64,000 bases of DNA from the NCBI GenBank assembly GCA_024640545.1, contig JAHEEU010000267.1, positions 4,223-68,222 of the forward strand. Direction: 5' to 3'. Each line of letters begins with the position of its first letter. The first letter of the stretch is position 1. Shown here in pieces: positions 18,107 through 27,586 of this stretch. The DNA is from Geobacteraceae bacterium. Lineage in GTDB: Bacteria; Desulfobacterota; Desulfuromonadia; Desulfuromonadales; BM103. Below the pieces are notes generated by a model. That model saw only the letters and a list, made by a program, of their open reading frames with translations. It had not been told where the DNA came from and did no database searches. Position numbers and translations under genes: made by a program.

Positions 18107-19018
18107 ATGTCTGTCGTGTTGTTTAAAATCGTTCCAGTGGTCCTGACCTTCCTGCTCGGGTTTTTGCTGCGTCGGGTCGGGCTGTTCAACAAGAGCAACG
18201 CCGATCTGTTTATAAAACTGTTCTTCCATGTCGCCATGCCGGCGCTAATCCTGCTCTCCGTTCCCCTCCTGGAACTTTCTCTGAAGGTCGTGACCTTGCC
18301 GCTGATGGCAGCTCTGATCAACCTCTCCACCTACGGGATTGCCTATGCTGTCGGCCGCCGGTTCCACCTGGACCGACCGGCGTTCGGGGTGTTTGTCATC
18401 GGTTCAATGGTTATGAACACCGGGTTTACATTCCCGTTTATCCTGTCCGCCTATGGCCCCGAAGGAATGGCGTTCGCCGCCCTGTTCGATTTCGGCAATG
18501 CCGCCGTGGTCCTGTCCTTCGGCTACTATCTCGCCTGCCGCTATGGAGGCGACGGCAACCAAGGTTCCATGGCCCTGCTCAGGAAGTTTCTCGGCTCGTC
18601 GCCGCTGATTGCCCTGGTGGTCGCAGTGGTTTTCAACCTGGCCGGGGTGCATGTGCCGGAAGTCGGCATGGAGTTCCTGAAAATCCTCGGCGGCATGACG
18701 ACTCCGCTGATGATGCTCTCACTGGGAATCTACTTTGACACGAGGATTTTCAGGACTGGCCCGTTATCCGCGGTCATTGCCCTCAGGATGCTGTTGGGGC
18801 TGCTGCTTGGGAGCCTGTGCGTTGTGCTCTTCGACCTGCACGGCCTGGTCAAGGTGGTCGTGCTGATCCTCTCTTCAGCCCCAGCCGGCATGATGACTCT
18901 GACCTATTCGACCATGGAGAACCTGGATAAGGATTTTGCTGCGAGCGTCGTGTCCTATTCGACGCTGATCGGGCTGTTCCTGGTCCCGCTGTTCATCATT
19001 TTGTTCCCGGTTCACTAG
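18107..19018 (+). CDS. AEC (auxin efflux carrier) family permease
   Basis: ATG at 18107 (MSVVLFKIVPVVLTFLLGFLL...). The track ORF begins at 18020, which overlaps the DMT gene. Confidence 0.8.
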   Translation: MSVVLFKIVPVVLTFLLGFLLRRVGLFNKSNADLFIKLFFHVAMPALILLSVPLLELSLKVVTLPLMAALINLSTYGIAYAVGRRFHLDRPAFGVFVIGSMVMNTGFTFPFILSAYGPEGMAFAALFDFGNAAVVLSFGYYLACRYGGDGNQGSMALLRKFLGSSPLIALVVAVVFNLAGVHVPEVGMEFLKILGGMTTPLMMLSLGIYFDTRIFRTGPLSAVIALRMLLGLLLGSLCVVLFDLHGLVKVVVLILSSAPAGMMTLTYSTMENLDKDFAASVVSYSTLIGLFLVPLFIILFPVH

Positions 19019-19375
19019 TTGCGCCCGGTTTGACGGTCGACTCTTTAGCTTCGGCGGGGCAGGTTGTTCTGTGGGTTAAATCCTGAGCTGCATCTGCCGA
19101 GTCCGTGCCATGCAATTTAGGGGCGCGGGTGCTTGATCGCGTGAGCCCGGGCACCTCATGGCAAATAATTGATTTTTTTTACGGGCCGGATAATTGGCCG
19201 CCACCACAAGTCTAACTTGTGTCAAGGGAACCGGATGCGCTAAAGTGGTTGGCGGTTATGGGGATGTGCAGCGCACCTCCCCAAGGAGGGGTTGTCCCGT
19301 CCCGCCAGGGCCTTTACCGAACCCCGGTATGTTGGGATTGCCGAATATCTTGCGTGAAACGGAAAGTTTTGCCGA

Positions 19376-20455
19376 ATGACTGAAAGAATGCTTGTTGGCC
19401 TTGGTGAGCGCAGTTATCAGATCTGGATCGGGGAGAATACCTTTCCGGCCATTGGCAGCGCCCTCGACGAGGTCAATTTCCCCAACAAAGTGGCCATAGT
19501 CACCAACCCCAGTATCGGTGAGTTGTACTGTGATCAGTTGATTGACGCGCTGGTGCTCTCCGGGCGGCAGGTGAGCGTCATTCAGGTCCCGGACGGCGAA
19601 GAGTACAAAACGGTTGCCACACTCGAAAGCATTTACGATGTGCTGATCGACAGGAAGTTCGACCGGTATTGCGGCTTGATCGCTCTGGGTGGAGGCGTCA
19701 TCGGTGATATCACGGGTTTCGCCGCGGCAACCTTTCTGCGCGGGATTCCGTTCGTACAGGTACCGACGAGCCTGCTCGCCCAGGTCGACAGCTCCATCGG
19801 CGGCAAGACCGGCGTCAACCACCCTCAGGGCAAGAACCTGATCGGCGCCTTTTATCAGCCGCAGCATGTTCACATCGATGTCAATGTCCTGGCGACCCTG
19901 CCGCAGAGAGAGTACGCTTCAGGTCTCGCCGAAGTCATCAAATATGGCATCATCAGTGACCGGGAATTCTTCAGATGGCTGGAGGAGCACCGTGACCGGC
20001 TTGCGGACCGGTCAGCAGAGGCGCTGGTCCATGCCGTAATGAGGTCTTGCCAAATCAAGGCGAATGTTGTAGAAAATGACGAAAAAGAGCAGGGATTACG
20101 GATACTCCTGAACCTGGGCCATACTTTTGGCCATGCCGTTGAGACCCTCGCCGGCTACGGTGTGATCAAGCATGGCGAAGCGGTGTCGATCGGCATGGTC
20201 ATGGCGGCCCGTACCGCGTTGCGGCTCGACCTGTGTTCAATTGAGGACGTCGATCGCATCGTTGCCCTGCTGACCTATTTCGACCTTCCGGTTACCCCGC
20301 CCGATTTCAGCGTGGCGGATTATCTCGGTGTCATGCAGAGGGATAAAAAGGTCAAGGATGGCGCGGTCAGGCTGGTTTTGAACCACGGGATAGGTTCCGC
20401 CGAATTGCACCAGGTCAAGGATCTGGAAAAATACCTGGACGAGCTCTTAACCTGA
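19376..20455 (+). CDS. aroB: 3-dehydroquinate synthase
   Basis: 359 aa. Conserved GGGVIGD, NLGHTFGHA and related blocks. Confidence 0.95.
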   Translation: MTERMLVGLGERSYQIWIGENTFPAIGSALDEVNFPNKVAIVTNPSIGELYCDQLIDALVLSGRQVSVIQVPDGEEYKTVATLESIYDVLIDRKFDRYCGLIALGGGVIGDITGFAAATFLRGIPFVQVPTSLLAQVDSSIGGKTGVNHPQGKNLIGAFYQPQHVHIDVNVLATLPQREYASGLAEVIKYGIISDREFFRWLEEHRDRLADRSAEALVHAVMRSCQIKANVVENDEKEQGLRILLNLGHTFGHAVETLAGYGVIKHGEAVSIGMVMAARTALRLDLCSIEDVDRIVALLTYFDLPVTPPDFSVADYLGVMQRDKKVKDGAVRLVLNHGIGSAELHQVKDLEKYLDELLT

Positions 20456-20471
20456 ACCTGAAAGAGGGAAG

Positions 20472-21317
20472 ATGACTTCGGCAAGCAGTGGAGGCAGTTT
20501 GATTGGCAAGATCGGCAGTTACCTGCAGATTGTCGCCAAGGATCCGAGTTCTACCGCGTTTGTCCCTCTGGCAGAAGCCTACCGCCAGATCGGTTTGCTG
20601 GATGATGCCTTGGAAGCGGCGCGCCTCGGCACCAGGCGGCTGCCACATTTCAGCCCCGGCTTCTCGACCATGGGTCGCATCCTCGGGCAGATGGGGCGCA
20701 TCGATGAGGCGATGAGCGCTTATGCCACGGCTCTTAGTATTGACCGCCAGAGCCAGTCGGCGCTGGTGGGGCAGGCCCGCCTGCACCTGATCCGCGGCGA
20801 ACGCGACCTGGCCCGCAATATCCTCACGGAGGCCGAGGGGTATCACCCCGACGACGAGAAGATCGCCGACATGCTGGTCGCCCTGGACCTGCCCAGGCCC
20901 TGGCGAAAGATCGAGCAGATATCCCAAGCCCAGGAACCTCCCCCCAAGCAAGACGCCTTGCCAGCAGAGCCGATTCCCACGGCTACCCTGGCAGAAATCT
21001 ATGCGCAGCAGGGATTGCTGGAAAAGGCGGCCAGGGTTTACGAGGACATCCTGCGTCAGAATCCCGGGAACGCCAAGGCCGGCGAACGGCTGCTGCAGCT
21101 CCAGGAGGCCCTCGGCGGCCTCACCGTGACAACGACGGCCGCAGGGGCCGCTGAACCGGAGGCTCAGGACCTGGCCGAGCAAGCCGTCGCTGAAGAAGCG
21201 CCGCCCGAAGCGCCGCAAGCCTCTACGCCGCTCCAGGGTGCCATTAAAGATCAATCACCACTTGCGGTTTTGCAACGCTGGCTGACTGCCATCAAACAGG
21301 GGAGGGCAAATGTTTAG
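20472..21317 (+). CDS. Tetratricopeptide-repeat protein
   Basis: 281 aa. TPR-like helices (AEAYRQIGLLDDALEAARLG..., LAEIYAQQGLLEKAARVYEDIL) and a Pro/Ala/Glu-rich C-terminal tail. Confidence 0.7.
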   Translation: MTSASSGGSLIGKIGSYLQIVAKDPSSTAFVPLAEAYRQIGLLDDALEAARLGTRRLPHFSPGFSTMGRILGQMGRIDEAMSAYATALSIDRQSQSALVGQARLHLIRGERDLARNILTEAEGYHPDDEKIADMLVALDLPRPWRKIEQISQAQEPPPKQDALPAEPIPTATLAEIYAQQGLLEKAARVYEDILRQNPGNAKAGERLLQLQEALGGLTVTTTAAGAAEPEAQDLAEQAVAEEAPPEAPQASTPLQGAIKDQSPLAVLQRWLTAIKQGRANV

Positions 21318-21669
21318 TGAGATCCTGCAGCGAATTGTCGAGGGAACCAGTGGTGGCATCGGTGCCGTTCTGATGGGATATGACGGTATTGCCGTCGAAC
21401 AGTTCTTTGCCCCTGAGCAGGAGCTCGACCTGCAGATGGTCGTGGTCGAATATTCCAACGTCCTCAAGGAGATCCGCAGGACAGCGGAGATCCTGAGCCT
21501 CGGTGAAATGGAGGAGATCTCCATTCGCACCGATCGCTTCCTTATCGTGATCCGGATGCTCACCACGGATTATTTTGTCGCCTTGATCATCAACCGTGAC
21601 GGCAACTTCGGCAAGGGCCGTTACCTGCTGACCCGAGAGGGTGAGAACCTGTTTGAGGCGCTCAGCTGA
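21310..21669 (+). CDS. Roadblock/LC7 (MglB-like) domain protein
   Basis: 119 aa. Overlaps the TPR gene by 8 nt and has a GGGGAGGG RBS. The pattern GGIGAVLMGYDGIAVEQ... is typical of Robl/LC7 proteins. Confidence 0.75.
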   Translation: MFSEILQRIVEGTSGGIGAVLMGYDGIAVEQFFAPEQELDLQMVVVEYSNVLKEIRRTAEILSLGEMEEISIRTDRFLIVIRMLTTDYFVALIINRDGNFGKGRYLLTREGENLFEALS

Positions 21670-21670
21670 T

Positions 21671-21961
21671 ATGTCGATGCACATCCTGATACTGCACGGG
21701 CTCAACCTGAACCTGCTCGGTCAGCGTGAACCCGAGGTCTATGGTCGGCAGACCCTTGCCGACATCAACGAGTCCATCGCGCAGCTGGCCAAAGAATTGT
21801 TCCTGACGGTCGACTTTTTCCAGTCCAATCACGAAGGAGACCTGATCGACAAGGTTCAGGCCGCGGCCCGTGCCGCCGGCGTGGCCGTCGGGCAGATCAC
21901 CGGTTTCGGTGCCATGAGTTACCTGTTGGCTCTGCGCGGCCTGGCCGCGCGTCTTTCCTGA
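21671..21961 (+). pseudogene. aroQ: Type II 3-dehydroquinate dehydratase with an in-frame internal deletion (96 aa versus the usual ~140-160 aa)
   Basis: The N-terminus ILILHGLNLNLLGQREPEVYG...FFQSNHEGDLID and C-terminus VAVGQITGFGAMSYLLAL match AroQ. The whole middle (INPxAxTHTS ... VHxSN region) is absent, and the canonical GPNLN reads GLNLN. Confidence 0.7.
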
Positions 21962-21976
21962 TCGATTTCCACTTTT

Positions 21977-23056
21977 ATGGTCTACCCACAACGCAGGCAG
22001 AAGGTTGCCAATCTCCTCGGTGCGCTCAATCTGGACGCCCTGGTTCTGTGTCAGGCAGAAAACCTGCGTTATCTGTGCGGGTTTTCGGGCAGCGACGGTG
22101 CGTTGGTCGCCACTGCTGACAAGCTTGTTTTTCTGACCGATTCGCGTTATACCACACAGGCTGAAGCGGAAGTCTCTGCGGATCACATCTGCGAGTATAG
22201 AACCAAGGTCGACGGCATTATTGCCCAACTGCAGGGCTTCGGGGTCGAACGCGTCGGTTTCGAAGCCAGCCTGGCCTTCGGGACCTTCCGGGATTTACAG
22301 GACAAGGGCGATGCCGTCTGGCAATGGCGGCATCTCCGTGACGAACTGCAGGGATTGCGCCTGCATAAATCTGCAGAAGAAATCCGTTGTATCGCCTCCG
22401 CTGCCGAGCTGCATGTCACGGCACTGGCTGAGGTGGAGGATTTGATCAGGCCGGGTGTTCGGGAAAAGGATGTGGCGCTGGCTCTTGAGTTTGCCCTGCG
22501 CAGGCTCGGTGCCGAGGAAAAGGCTTTTGATACAATCGTCGCCTCCGGGCCCCGTGGCGCCTTGCCGCACGGCGTCGCCAGCGACAGGGTCCTTGCCGGG
22601 GGCGAGCTGGTTACCATCGATTTCGGCTGCCGCCTGGCGGGCTACCACTCTGACGAGACGGTGACCCTGGCCCTGGGGCATGTGCCTGAAAAGCTGCGCA
22701 GCATTTTCGAGGTTGTCCTGGAGGCGCACGACCGCGCCCTGGCTGCGGTTGCGCCAGGTGTTGCCCTGGCTGAACTGGACAGGATCGCCCGGGACCACAT
22801 CAAGACTTGCGGTTATGCCGACTACTTCGGCCATGGCCTGGGTCACGGTGTCGGACTGGAGGTGCACGAAGCTCCGACCGTCTCGTCGCGCAGCCAGGCT
22901 TTGGCCGAAGCAGGTATGGTTTTCACCATCGAACCGGGCATCTATTTGCCGGGTGTCGGTGGTGTCAGGATTGAGGACATGGTCCTGGTCACTGCGGACG
23001 GGCATCAGACCATGACGAAAATCCCCAAGACGTTTCGCAACATTCTGTTAAACTGA
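21977..23056 (+). CDS. M24 family Xaa-Pro aminopeptidase/dipeptidase
   Basis: 359 aa. Creatinase-like N-domain plus a pita-bread C-domain with HGLGHGVGLEVHE and the metal ligands. Confidence 0.85.
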   Translation: MVYPQRRQKVANLLGALNLDALVLCQAENLRYLCGFSGSDGALVATADKLVFLTDSRYTTQAEAEVSADHICEYRTKVDGIIAQLQGFGVERVGFEASLAFGTFRDLQDKGDAVWQWRHLRDELQGLRLHKSAEEIRCIASAAELHVTALAEVEDLIRPGVREKDVALALEFALRRLGAEEKAFDTIVASGPRGALPHGVASDRVLAGGELVTIDFGCRLAGYHSDETVTLALGHVPEKLRSIFEVVLEAHDRALAAVAPGVALAELDRIARDHIKTCGYADYFGHGLGHGVGLEVHEAPTVSSRSQALAEAGMVFTIEPGIYLPGVGGVRIEDMVLVTADGHQTMTKIPKTFRNILLN

Positions 23057-23109
23057 TGTTCACACAGCCCGGGCTGCTAACAGTGCCGGTGATCAAGGGA
23101 GGAGTAGCG

Positions 23110-23571
23110 ATGGATATCAAGGATTTGAAGTCATTGGTTAAGATAATCACCGACACTGATATCACCGAGTTTGAAATGGAAAATGCCGAGGAGAAAATTG
23201 TCATCAAGCGTGGGCCTGAAAAGGAATACGTGCAATTTTCGGCGCCGGCCGCGGTCGCTGCTCCTGCGCCTGCTGCGGCGCCCGCGCCGGCCCCCGCTGC
23301 GGCGGCTGCGCCGGTGGCTGTCGACGACAAGTACGAAACCATCAACTCCCCGATTGTCGGCAGTTTCTATCGGAAACCGAGCCCGGAAGCCCCGGCGTTT
23401 GTAGAGGTCGGCGCAATCGTGGAGGCCGGTCAGGCTGTCTGCCTGGTCGAGGCGATGAAGCTGTTCAACGAAATCGAAGCCGAGTTCAAGTGTAAAATCA
23501 TCGAAGTTCTCAAGGAGGATGCTGCTCCGGTCGAGTTCGGCGAGCCGCTCTTCAAGGTGGAGCGCCTTTAA
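23110..23571 (+). CDS. accB: Acetyl-CoA carboxylase biotin carboxyl carrier protein
   Basis: ATG at 23110 after GGAGGAG. Ala/Pro linker, then the biotinylation motif VEAMKLFNEI. Confidence 0.9.
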   Translation: MDIKDLKSLVKIITDTDITEFEMENAEEKIVIKRGPEKEYVQFSAPAAVAAPAPAAAPAPAPAAAAAPVAVDDKYETINSPIVGSFYRKPSPEAPAFVEVGAIVEAGQAVCLVEAMKLFNEIEAEFKCKIIEVLKEDAAPVEFGEPLFKVERL

Positions 23572-23751
23572 GAGGTCCTCGCTACATTCCTGAGCCGCTT
23601 TTGAGGTCATTTCGGTGGCTTGGCTCATGTTTCAGCTCCGTTTCGGTTCGCGGTTCAGGCTGTGTCACGGTAACGGGCTGAAATCTGTTCAAATAAGTAT
23701 TTTGCTTCGGCCCGGACAAATCGACAGACTCCTGGGCGCAAAGGAGGCTTC

Positions 23752-25089
23752 ATGTTTCGCAAAATTCTGATCGCCAATCGCGGTGAAATAGCCCTGCGCA
23801 TTATCCGCGCCTGCAAGGAACTGGGCATTTTGACGGTGGCCGTGCATTCCGATGCCGATGCCGAGGCCCTGCACACCAAGATTGCCGACGAAAGCATCTG
23901 TATCGGCCGCGCGCCGAGCAGCCAGAGCTACCTCAACATGCGGGCGATTATCAGCGCCGCCGAGGTGACCGACGCGGAAGCCATCCATCCCGGTTACGGT
24001 TTTCTGGCGGAAAATGCCGAATTCGCTGAAATCTGCCAAAACTGCGGCTTGACCTTCATCGGCCCGAGCCCGGAAAACATCCGCCTGATGGGCGACAAGA
24101 TTGCTGCCCGCCAATCGGTGATCAAGGCCGGAGTCCCGATTTTGCCCGGCACCAAGGACAATGTCCCGAACGTCGACGAAGCCCAGCGCATTGCCGCCGA
24201 GATCGGCTTTCCGGTCATCATCAAGGCGACCGCCGGTGGCGGCGGCAAGGGGATGAAGGTTGTTCATTCGCCGGCGTCCCTGCCGAACCTGTATGCCATG
24301 GCCCGGGCCGAGGCCCAAGCGTCGTTCAGCAACTCCGAAGTTTATATTGAGAAGTTCTGTGAAAACCCGCGGCACGTGGAAGTCCAGATCCTGGCCGACC
24401 AGCACGGCAACGTCATCCATCTCGGTGAGCGTGACTGCTCCATCCAGAGACGTCACCAGAAACTGATCGAGGAGGCCCCTTGTCCGGTTCTGACTGCCGA
24501 GCAGCGCAAACATCTCTGTGACTGTGCGGTCAAAGCGGCCAAGTCGATCGGCTACTCCAGTGCCGGAACCATGGAGTTCCTGCTCGACAAGAAGGGCGAC
24601 TTCTATTTCATGGAGATGAACACCCGGGTTCAGGTCGAGCATCCGGTCACGGAGATGGTCACCGGGGTCGACATCATCAAAGAGCAGATCCGCGTCGCCT
24701 ACGGCGAGCCTTTGAAGTACAAGCAGAAGGATATCAAGATCAACGGCCACTCAATCGAATGCCGCATCAACGCCGAGGACCCGGTCAAGTTCACCCCCTT
24801 CCCGGGCAAGATCGACGGCTACCACCCTCCGGGAGGCCTGGGGGTGCGGATCGACAGCGCGGTCTATGACCAGTACGTGGTCCTGCCGCACTACGATTCG
24901 ATGATCGCCAAGCTGATTGTCCATGCCGATACCCGGGAGGAAGCGATCAAGCGCATGGCGCGTTCCCTGGATGAATTCATCATCGGCGGCATCAAGACGA
25001 CGATAGAATTTCACCAGCGCATCATGGCCAACAAGGACTTTATTTCCGGTGATATCGATACCGGCTTCATTGAGCGTTTAAAGCTCTGA
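23752..25089 (+). CDS. accC: Acetyl-CoA carboxylase biotin carboxylase subunit
   Basis: 445 aa. [26 protein letters not shown]... is highly conserved ATP-grasp AccC sequence. Confidence 0.97.
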   Translation: MFRKILIANRGEIALRIIRACKELGILTVAVHSDADAEALHTKIADESICIGRAPSSQSYLNMRAIISAAEVTDAEAIHPGYGFLAENAEFAEICQNCGLTFIGPSPENIRLMGDKIAARQSVIKAGVPILPGTKDNVPNVDEAQRIAAEIGFPVIIKATAGGGGKGMKVVHSPASLPNLYAMARAEAQASFSNSEVYIEKFCENPRHVEVQILADQHGNVIHLGERDCSIQRRHQKLIEEAPCPVLTAEQRKHLCDCAVKAAKSIGYSSAGTMEFLLDKKGDFYFMEMNTRVQVEHPVTEMVTGVDIIKEQIRVAYGEPLKYKQKDIKINGHSIECRINAEDPVKFTPFPGKIDGYHPPGGLGVRIDSAVYDQYVVLPHYDSMIAKLIVHADTREEAIKRMARSLDEFIIGGIKTTIEFHQRIMANKDFISGDIDTGFIERLKL

Positions 25090-25090
25090 T

Positions 25091-25125
25091 AAGAAAGGCC
25101 AGGGGAACCTGGCCTTTCTTCTTCC
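25091..25125 (+). terminator. Rho-independent terminator after accC
   Basis: Perfect 13-bp stem AAGAAAGGCCAGG / CCTGGCCTTTCTT with a GGAA loop, followed by a T/C-rich tail. Confidence 0.7.
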
Positions 25126-25152
25126 TGGCCCCTGGTTCGGAATGACACAAAT

Positions 25153-25962
25153 ATGCACAGCTGGCGGTTGATCAACTCGGGTTACCAGGCCGGGGCCATG
25201 AACATGGCTCTTGACGAGGCCCTCTTGCAGGCCGTTGCCAGCGGCGACTCTCTGCCGGTGCTGCGCTTCTACCGCTGGCGACCGGCGACGCTCAGCCTTG
25301 GCTATGGGCAGTCGCTGGCAGCCGACGTTGACTTGGAGGTGTGTCGACAGGCCGGGCTCGACGTGGTGCGCCGTTCTACCGGGGGCAGGGCGGTACTTCA
25401 CGACCAGGAAGTCACTTATGCGGTGATTGCGCCGCTCAATGCCGGTCTGTTCGGTGGGTCGGTCCTCGACTGTTACCGGGTCATCTCCGAAGTTCTGCAG
25501 CAGACTCTCGTCAAGCTCGACCTTCCGGCACAGCTGGTGCCGGGCAAGCCGCGCGGCGGTCATCAGAATGCCGTGAAGGCCGTATGCTTCTCCGCCCCCT
25601 CTCAGTACGAACTGGTCATCGAAGGCCGTAAGGTCGCCGGCAGTGCGCAGAAGCGCCATGGCCAGGCCTTCCTGCAGCATGGCTCGATTCCCATAGACAT
25701 GGATCTTGACCTGCTGGGGCGGGTCCTGAAGGCTGATACGGATAACGCCACGGCGGATTCGCTGAAGACGGTCGGCTGGCTGAACCGGTGGAGCCCTCGA
25801 CCGCTTACCGTCAGCGAGCTTGAAACGCAGCTGGCCGACGAGTTCTCCAGGCACCTGCAGATTGAGTGGCTGCATTCCGAGCCGACTGCCGGAGAACTGC
25901 GGGAAGCACGGCGCCTGAGCGTTGAGAAGTTCGGTCACGCTGACTGGAACCTGCGCCGCTAG
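25153..25962 (+). CDS. Lipoate-protein ligase/octanoyltransferase family protein (BPL/LplA/LipB catalytic domain)
   Basis: 269 aa. N-terminus WRLINSGYQAGAMNMALDEALL..LRFYRW.P.TLSLGY and a conserved GRKVAGSAQKR lysine motif. Confidence 0.8.
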   Translation: MHSWRLINSGYQAGAMNMALDEALLQAVASGDSLPVLRFYRWRPATLSLGYGQSLAADVDLEVCRQAGLDVVRRSTGGRAVLHDQEVTYAVIAPLNAGLFGGSVLDCYRVISEVLQQTLVKLDLPAQLVPGKPRGGHQNAVKAVCFSAPSQYELVIEGRKVAGSAQKRHGQAFLQHGSIPIDMDLDLLGRVLKADTDNATADSLKTVGWLNRWSPRPLTVSELETQLADEFSRHLQIEWLHSEPTAGELREARRLSVEKFGHADWNLRR

Positions 25963-26061
25963 CAACTCGCGGGCCGCCGGGCGGCAGGCGGTTGTTCATT
26001 GAACAGGCTCGCCGGGCGTGGTAAGATATCCTAGTGATTTCAGCTGAATATGGAGGTGCGT

Positions 26062-26472
26062 ATGAAACGTGGCTTGATTCTCCTAGTGACGGCAGCGGTC
26101 GCACTGGTTTGCATGGGCATGGGCGGCCTCGGCGGGCAGCCGGAAGGGGCCGTGCCGGAAACAGATATCAACATCCAGGCGCAAGTCAAGGACCGCGTCG
26201 GCGCGACGACCAGCCTCAGCCAGTTTTCCATGGACGGCCAGACCTTTCTGGCGGCCTTGCGGGGCAGGGGCAAGCTGTCCATCCCCTTCCAGCAGATCGA
26301 CGTCATCAACTTCGGCGAGGTCAAAGGTGACCAGGTGATGGTTGACGTCAGGCTCAAGTCCGGTGAAGCCCTGGCCCTCACCATCCGCTCACGCGCACAA
26401 TTCTACGGCTCGACGGGTTTCGGTGCTTTCCAGGTCACGTCGCGCGATGTGGCCAGTTTGGATTTTCCCTGA
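26062..26472 (+). CDS. Secreted hypothetical protein
   Basis: ATG at 26062 after GGAGG. Signal peptide MKRGLILLVTAAVALVCMGMGG. No family recognised. Confidence 0.5.
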   Translation: MKRGLILLVTAAVALVCMGMGGLGGQPEGAVPETDINIQAQVKDRVGATTSLSQFSMDGQTFLAALRGRGKLSIPFQQIDVINFGEVKGDQVMVDVRLKSGEALALTIRSRAQFYGSTGFGAFQVTSRDVASLDFP

Positions 26473-26497
26473 GCCCTCGCCACCGGCGTGCTGTCTG

Positions 26498-26528
26498 AAT
26501 GCGGGGGCGTGCCCCCGCATTTTCTTTC
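26498..26528 (+). terminator. Rho-independent terminator
   Basis: AATGCGGGG-loop-CCCCGCATT followed by TTTCTTTC. Confidence 0.6.
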
Positions 26529-26552
26529 GGATTTATCAACGAAAAGAAGCTG

Positions 26553-26690
26553 GAGGCAAAAGGCCTGTTTAACGCAAAGACGCCGAGGACTCAGGAAAAG
26601 ACGCAAAGTTTTTATTTTGCACAAAAGAACGTTTTTCTCTGCGTTTGCATGACCCCTTTGTGTCTTTGTGTTAAAAAATGTGTATTTGAT
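26553..26690 (+). repeat. Palindromic intergenic repeat, copy B (same subfamily and orientation as copy A)
   Basis: The 35-nt 5' block is identical to 5865-5899. The 3' block GTTAAAAAATGTGTATTTGAT matches 5984-6004. Internal inverted repeat TTAACGCAAAGACG / TGTCTTTGTGTTAA. Confidence 0.8.
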
Positions 26691-26758
26691 TGGTGGTATT
26701 CAACTCTTGGCGCATTGGTGGCCAAGCACCTTTTTATTGGCGACAGAACCGCAATATT

Positions 26759-27586
26759 ATGACTCTTCGTATCGGCCGTATCGCCTACCTGAACGTGGCC
26801 CCATATTTCCACTTCCTCCGTGAGGAAGGCTTCTCCGGCGAGATTGTCTCCGGGGTGCCGTCGGAGTTGAATACCATGCTGGCCGGGGGAGCCATCGATG
26901 CCTGCCCCTCTTCATCTTTTGAATACGGCGTGCACTCTGCGGACTACTATCTGCTGCCGGGACATTCCATCAGCAGCATAGGACCGGTGCATAGCGTCCT
27001 GCTGTTTACTCCTGGCACGTTGAGCGAGCTGTCGGGTAGTGAGATCGCCATCACCGGCGAATCGGCAACCTCGATCAACCTGTTGAAGATTCTTCTCAGG
27101 GAATTCTGTGGCATCGAGGATGTCTCCTTCAAAGTTCCGGACGGGAGTGTTGAAGAGTTGCTCAGCGCAGGCCGGAGTGCTCTGCTGATCGGTGACCGTG
27201 CCCTGTCCGCAGCAAGGAACTGCCCCGCCGGGTTCCAGATCAACGATCTCGGGGCTCTCTGGTATCACTTTACCGGCTTGCCCTTTGTCTTTGCACTCTG
27301 GATTCTGCGGCGCGCAGCCGTGGATGCGTTTCCTGAAGAAATCCGAAGGCTTGCCACTCAGCTTCACGAGTCCCGTCGCCATGCCTTCCGCTGTTTGCAC
27401 GAAATGGCCGCCGAGCTATCTGCCAGGACAGGCTTTGCAGCGCAGCAGCTGGAGGCCTACTGGCGTGGCATGTCTTACGAATTGACTGAAGGGCACGTGG
27501 AAGGCCTGCGGCTCTACTTCACCCTTTGCCACAAGCACGGCCTGTTGGCAGAAGTCCCCGACTTTTATTTTTTCCCGGCGCTGTAA
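26759..27586 (+). CDS. mqnA: Chorismate dehydratase-like menaquinone (futalosine pathway) protein, MqnA family
   Basis: ATG at 26759 ([17 protein letters not shown]...). Blocks [11 protein letters not shown] and GLPFVFALW are typical of the MqnA/MqnD periplasmic-binding-fold family. The track ORF start at 26690 lies inside repeat B. Confidence 0.65.
   Translation: MTLRIGRIAYLNVAPYFHFLREEGFSGEIVSGVPSELNTMLAGGAIDACPSSSFEYGVHSADYYLLPGHSISSIGPVHSVLLFTPGTLSELSGSEIAITGESATSINLLKILLREFCGIEDVSFKVPDGSVEELLSAGRSALLIGDRALSAARNCPAGFQINDLGALWYHFTGLPFVFALWILRRAAVDAFPEEIRRLATQLHESRRHAFRCLHEMAAELSARTGFAAQQLEAYWRGMSYELTEGHVEGLRLYFTLCHKHGLLAEVPDFYFFPAL

Noticed and set aside
19019-19375. 357-nt gene-free region upstream of aroB with several short hairpins (e.g. 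CACAAG-TCTAA-CTTGTG). I considered an ncRNA (SRP, 6S, RNase P) or a riboswitch.
   Set aside because: I could not recognise any signature motif of these RNA families. The 61-aa track ORF (19194-19379) has no RBS and an odd composition. The region is left unannotated. It is only worth revisiting with covariance-model scans.
23240-23320. Repetitive GC-rich stretch (GCG GCC GCT CCT GCG... codons)
   Set aside because: This is the Ala/Pro-rich flexible linker of AccB, a normal feature of biotin carboxyl carrier proteins. It is not a tandem-repeat element or a CRISPR array.
23689-24750. 353-aa ORF on the - strand
   Set aside because: Antisense shadow of accC.
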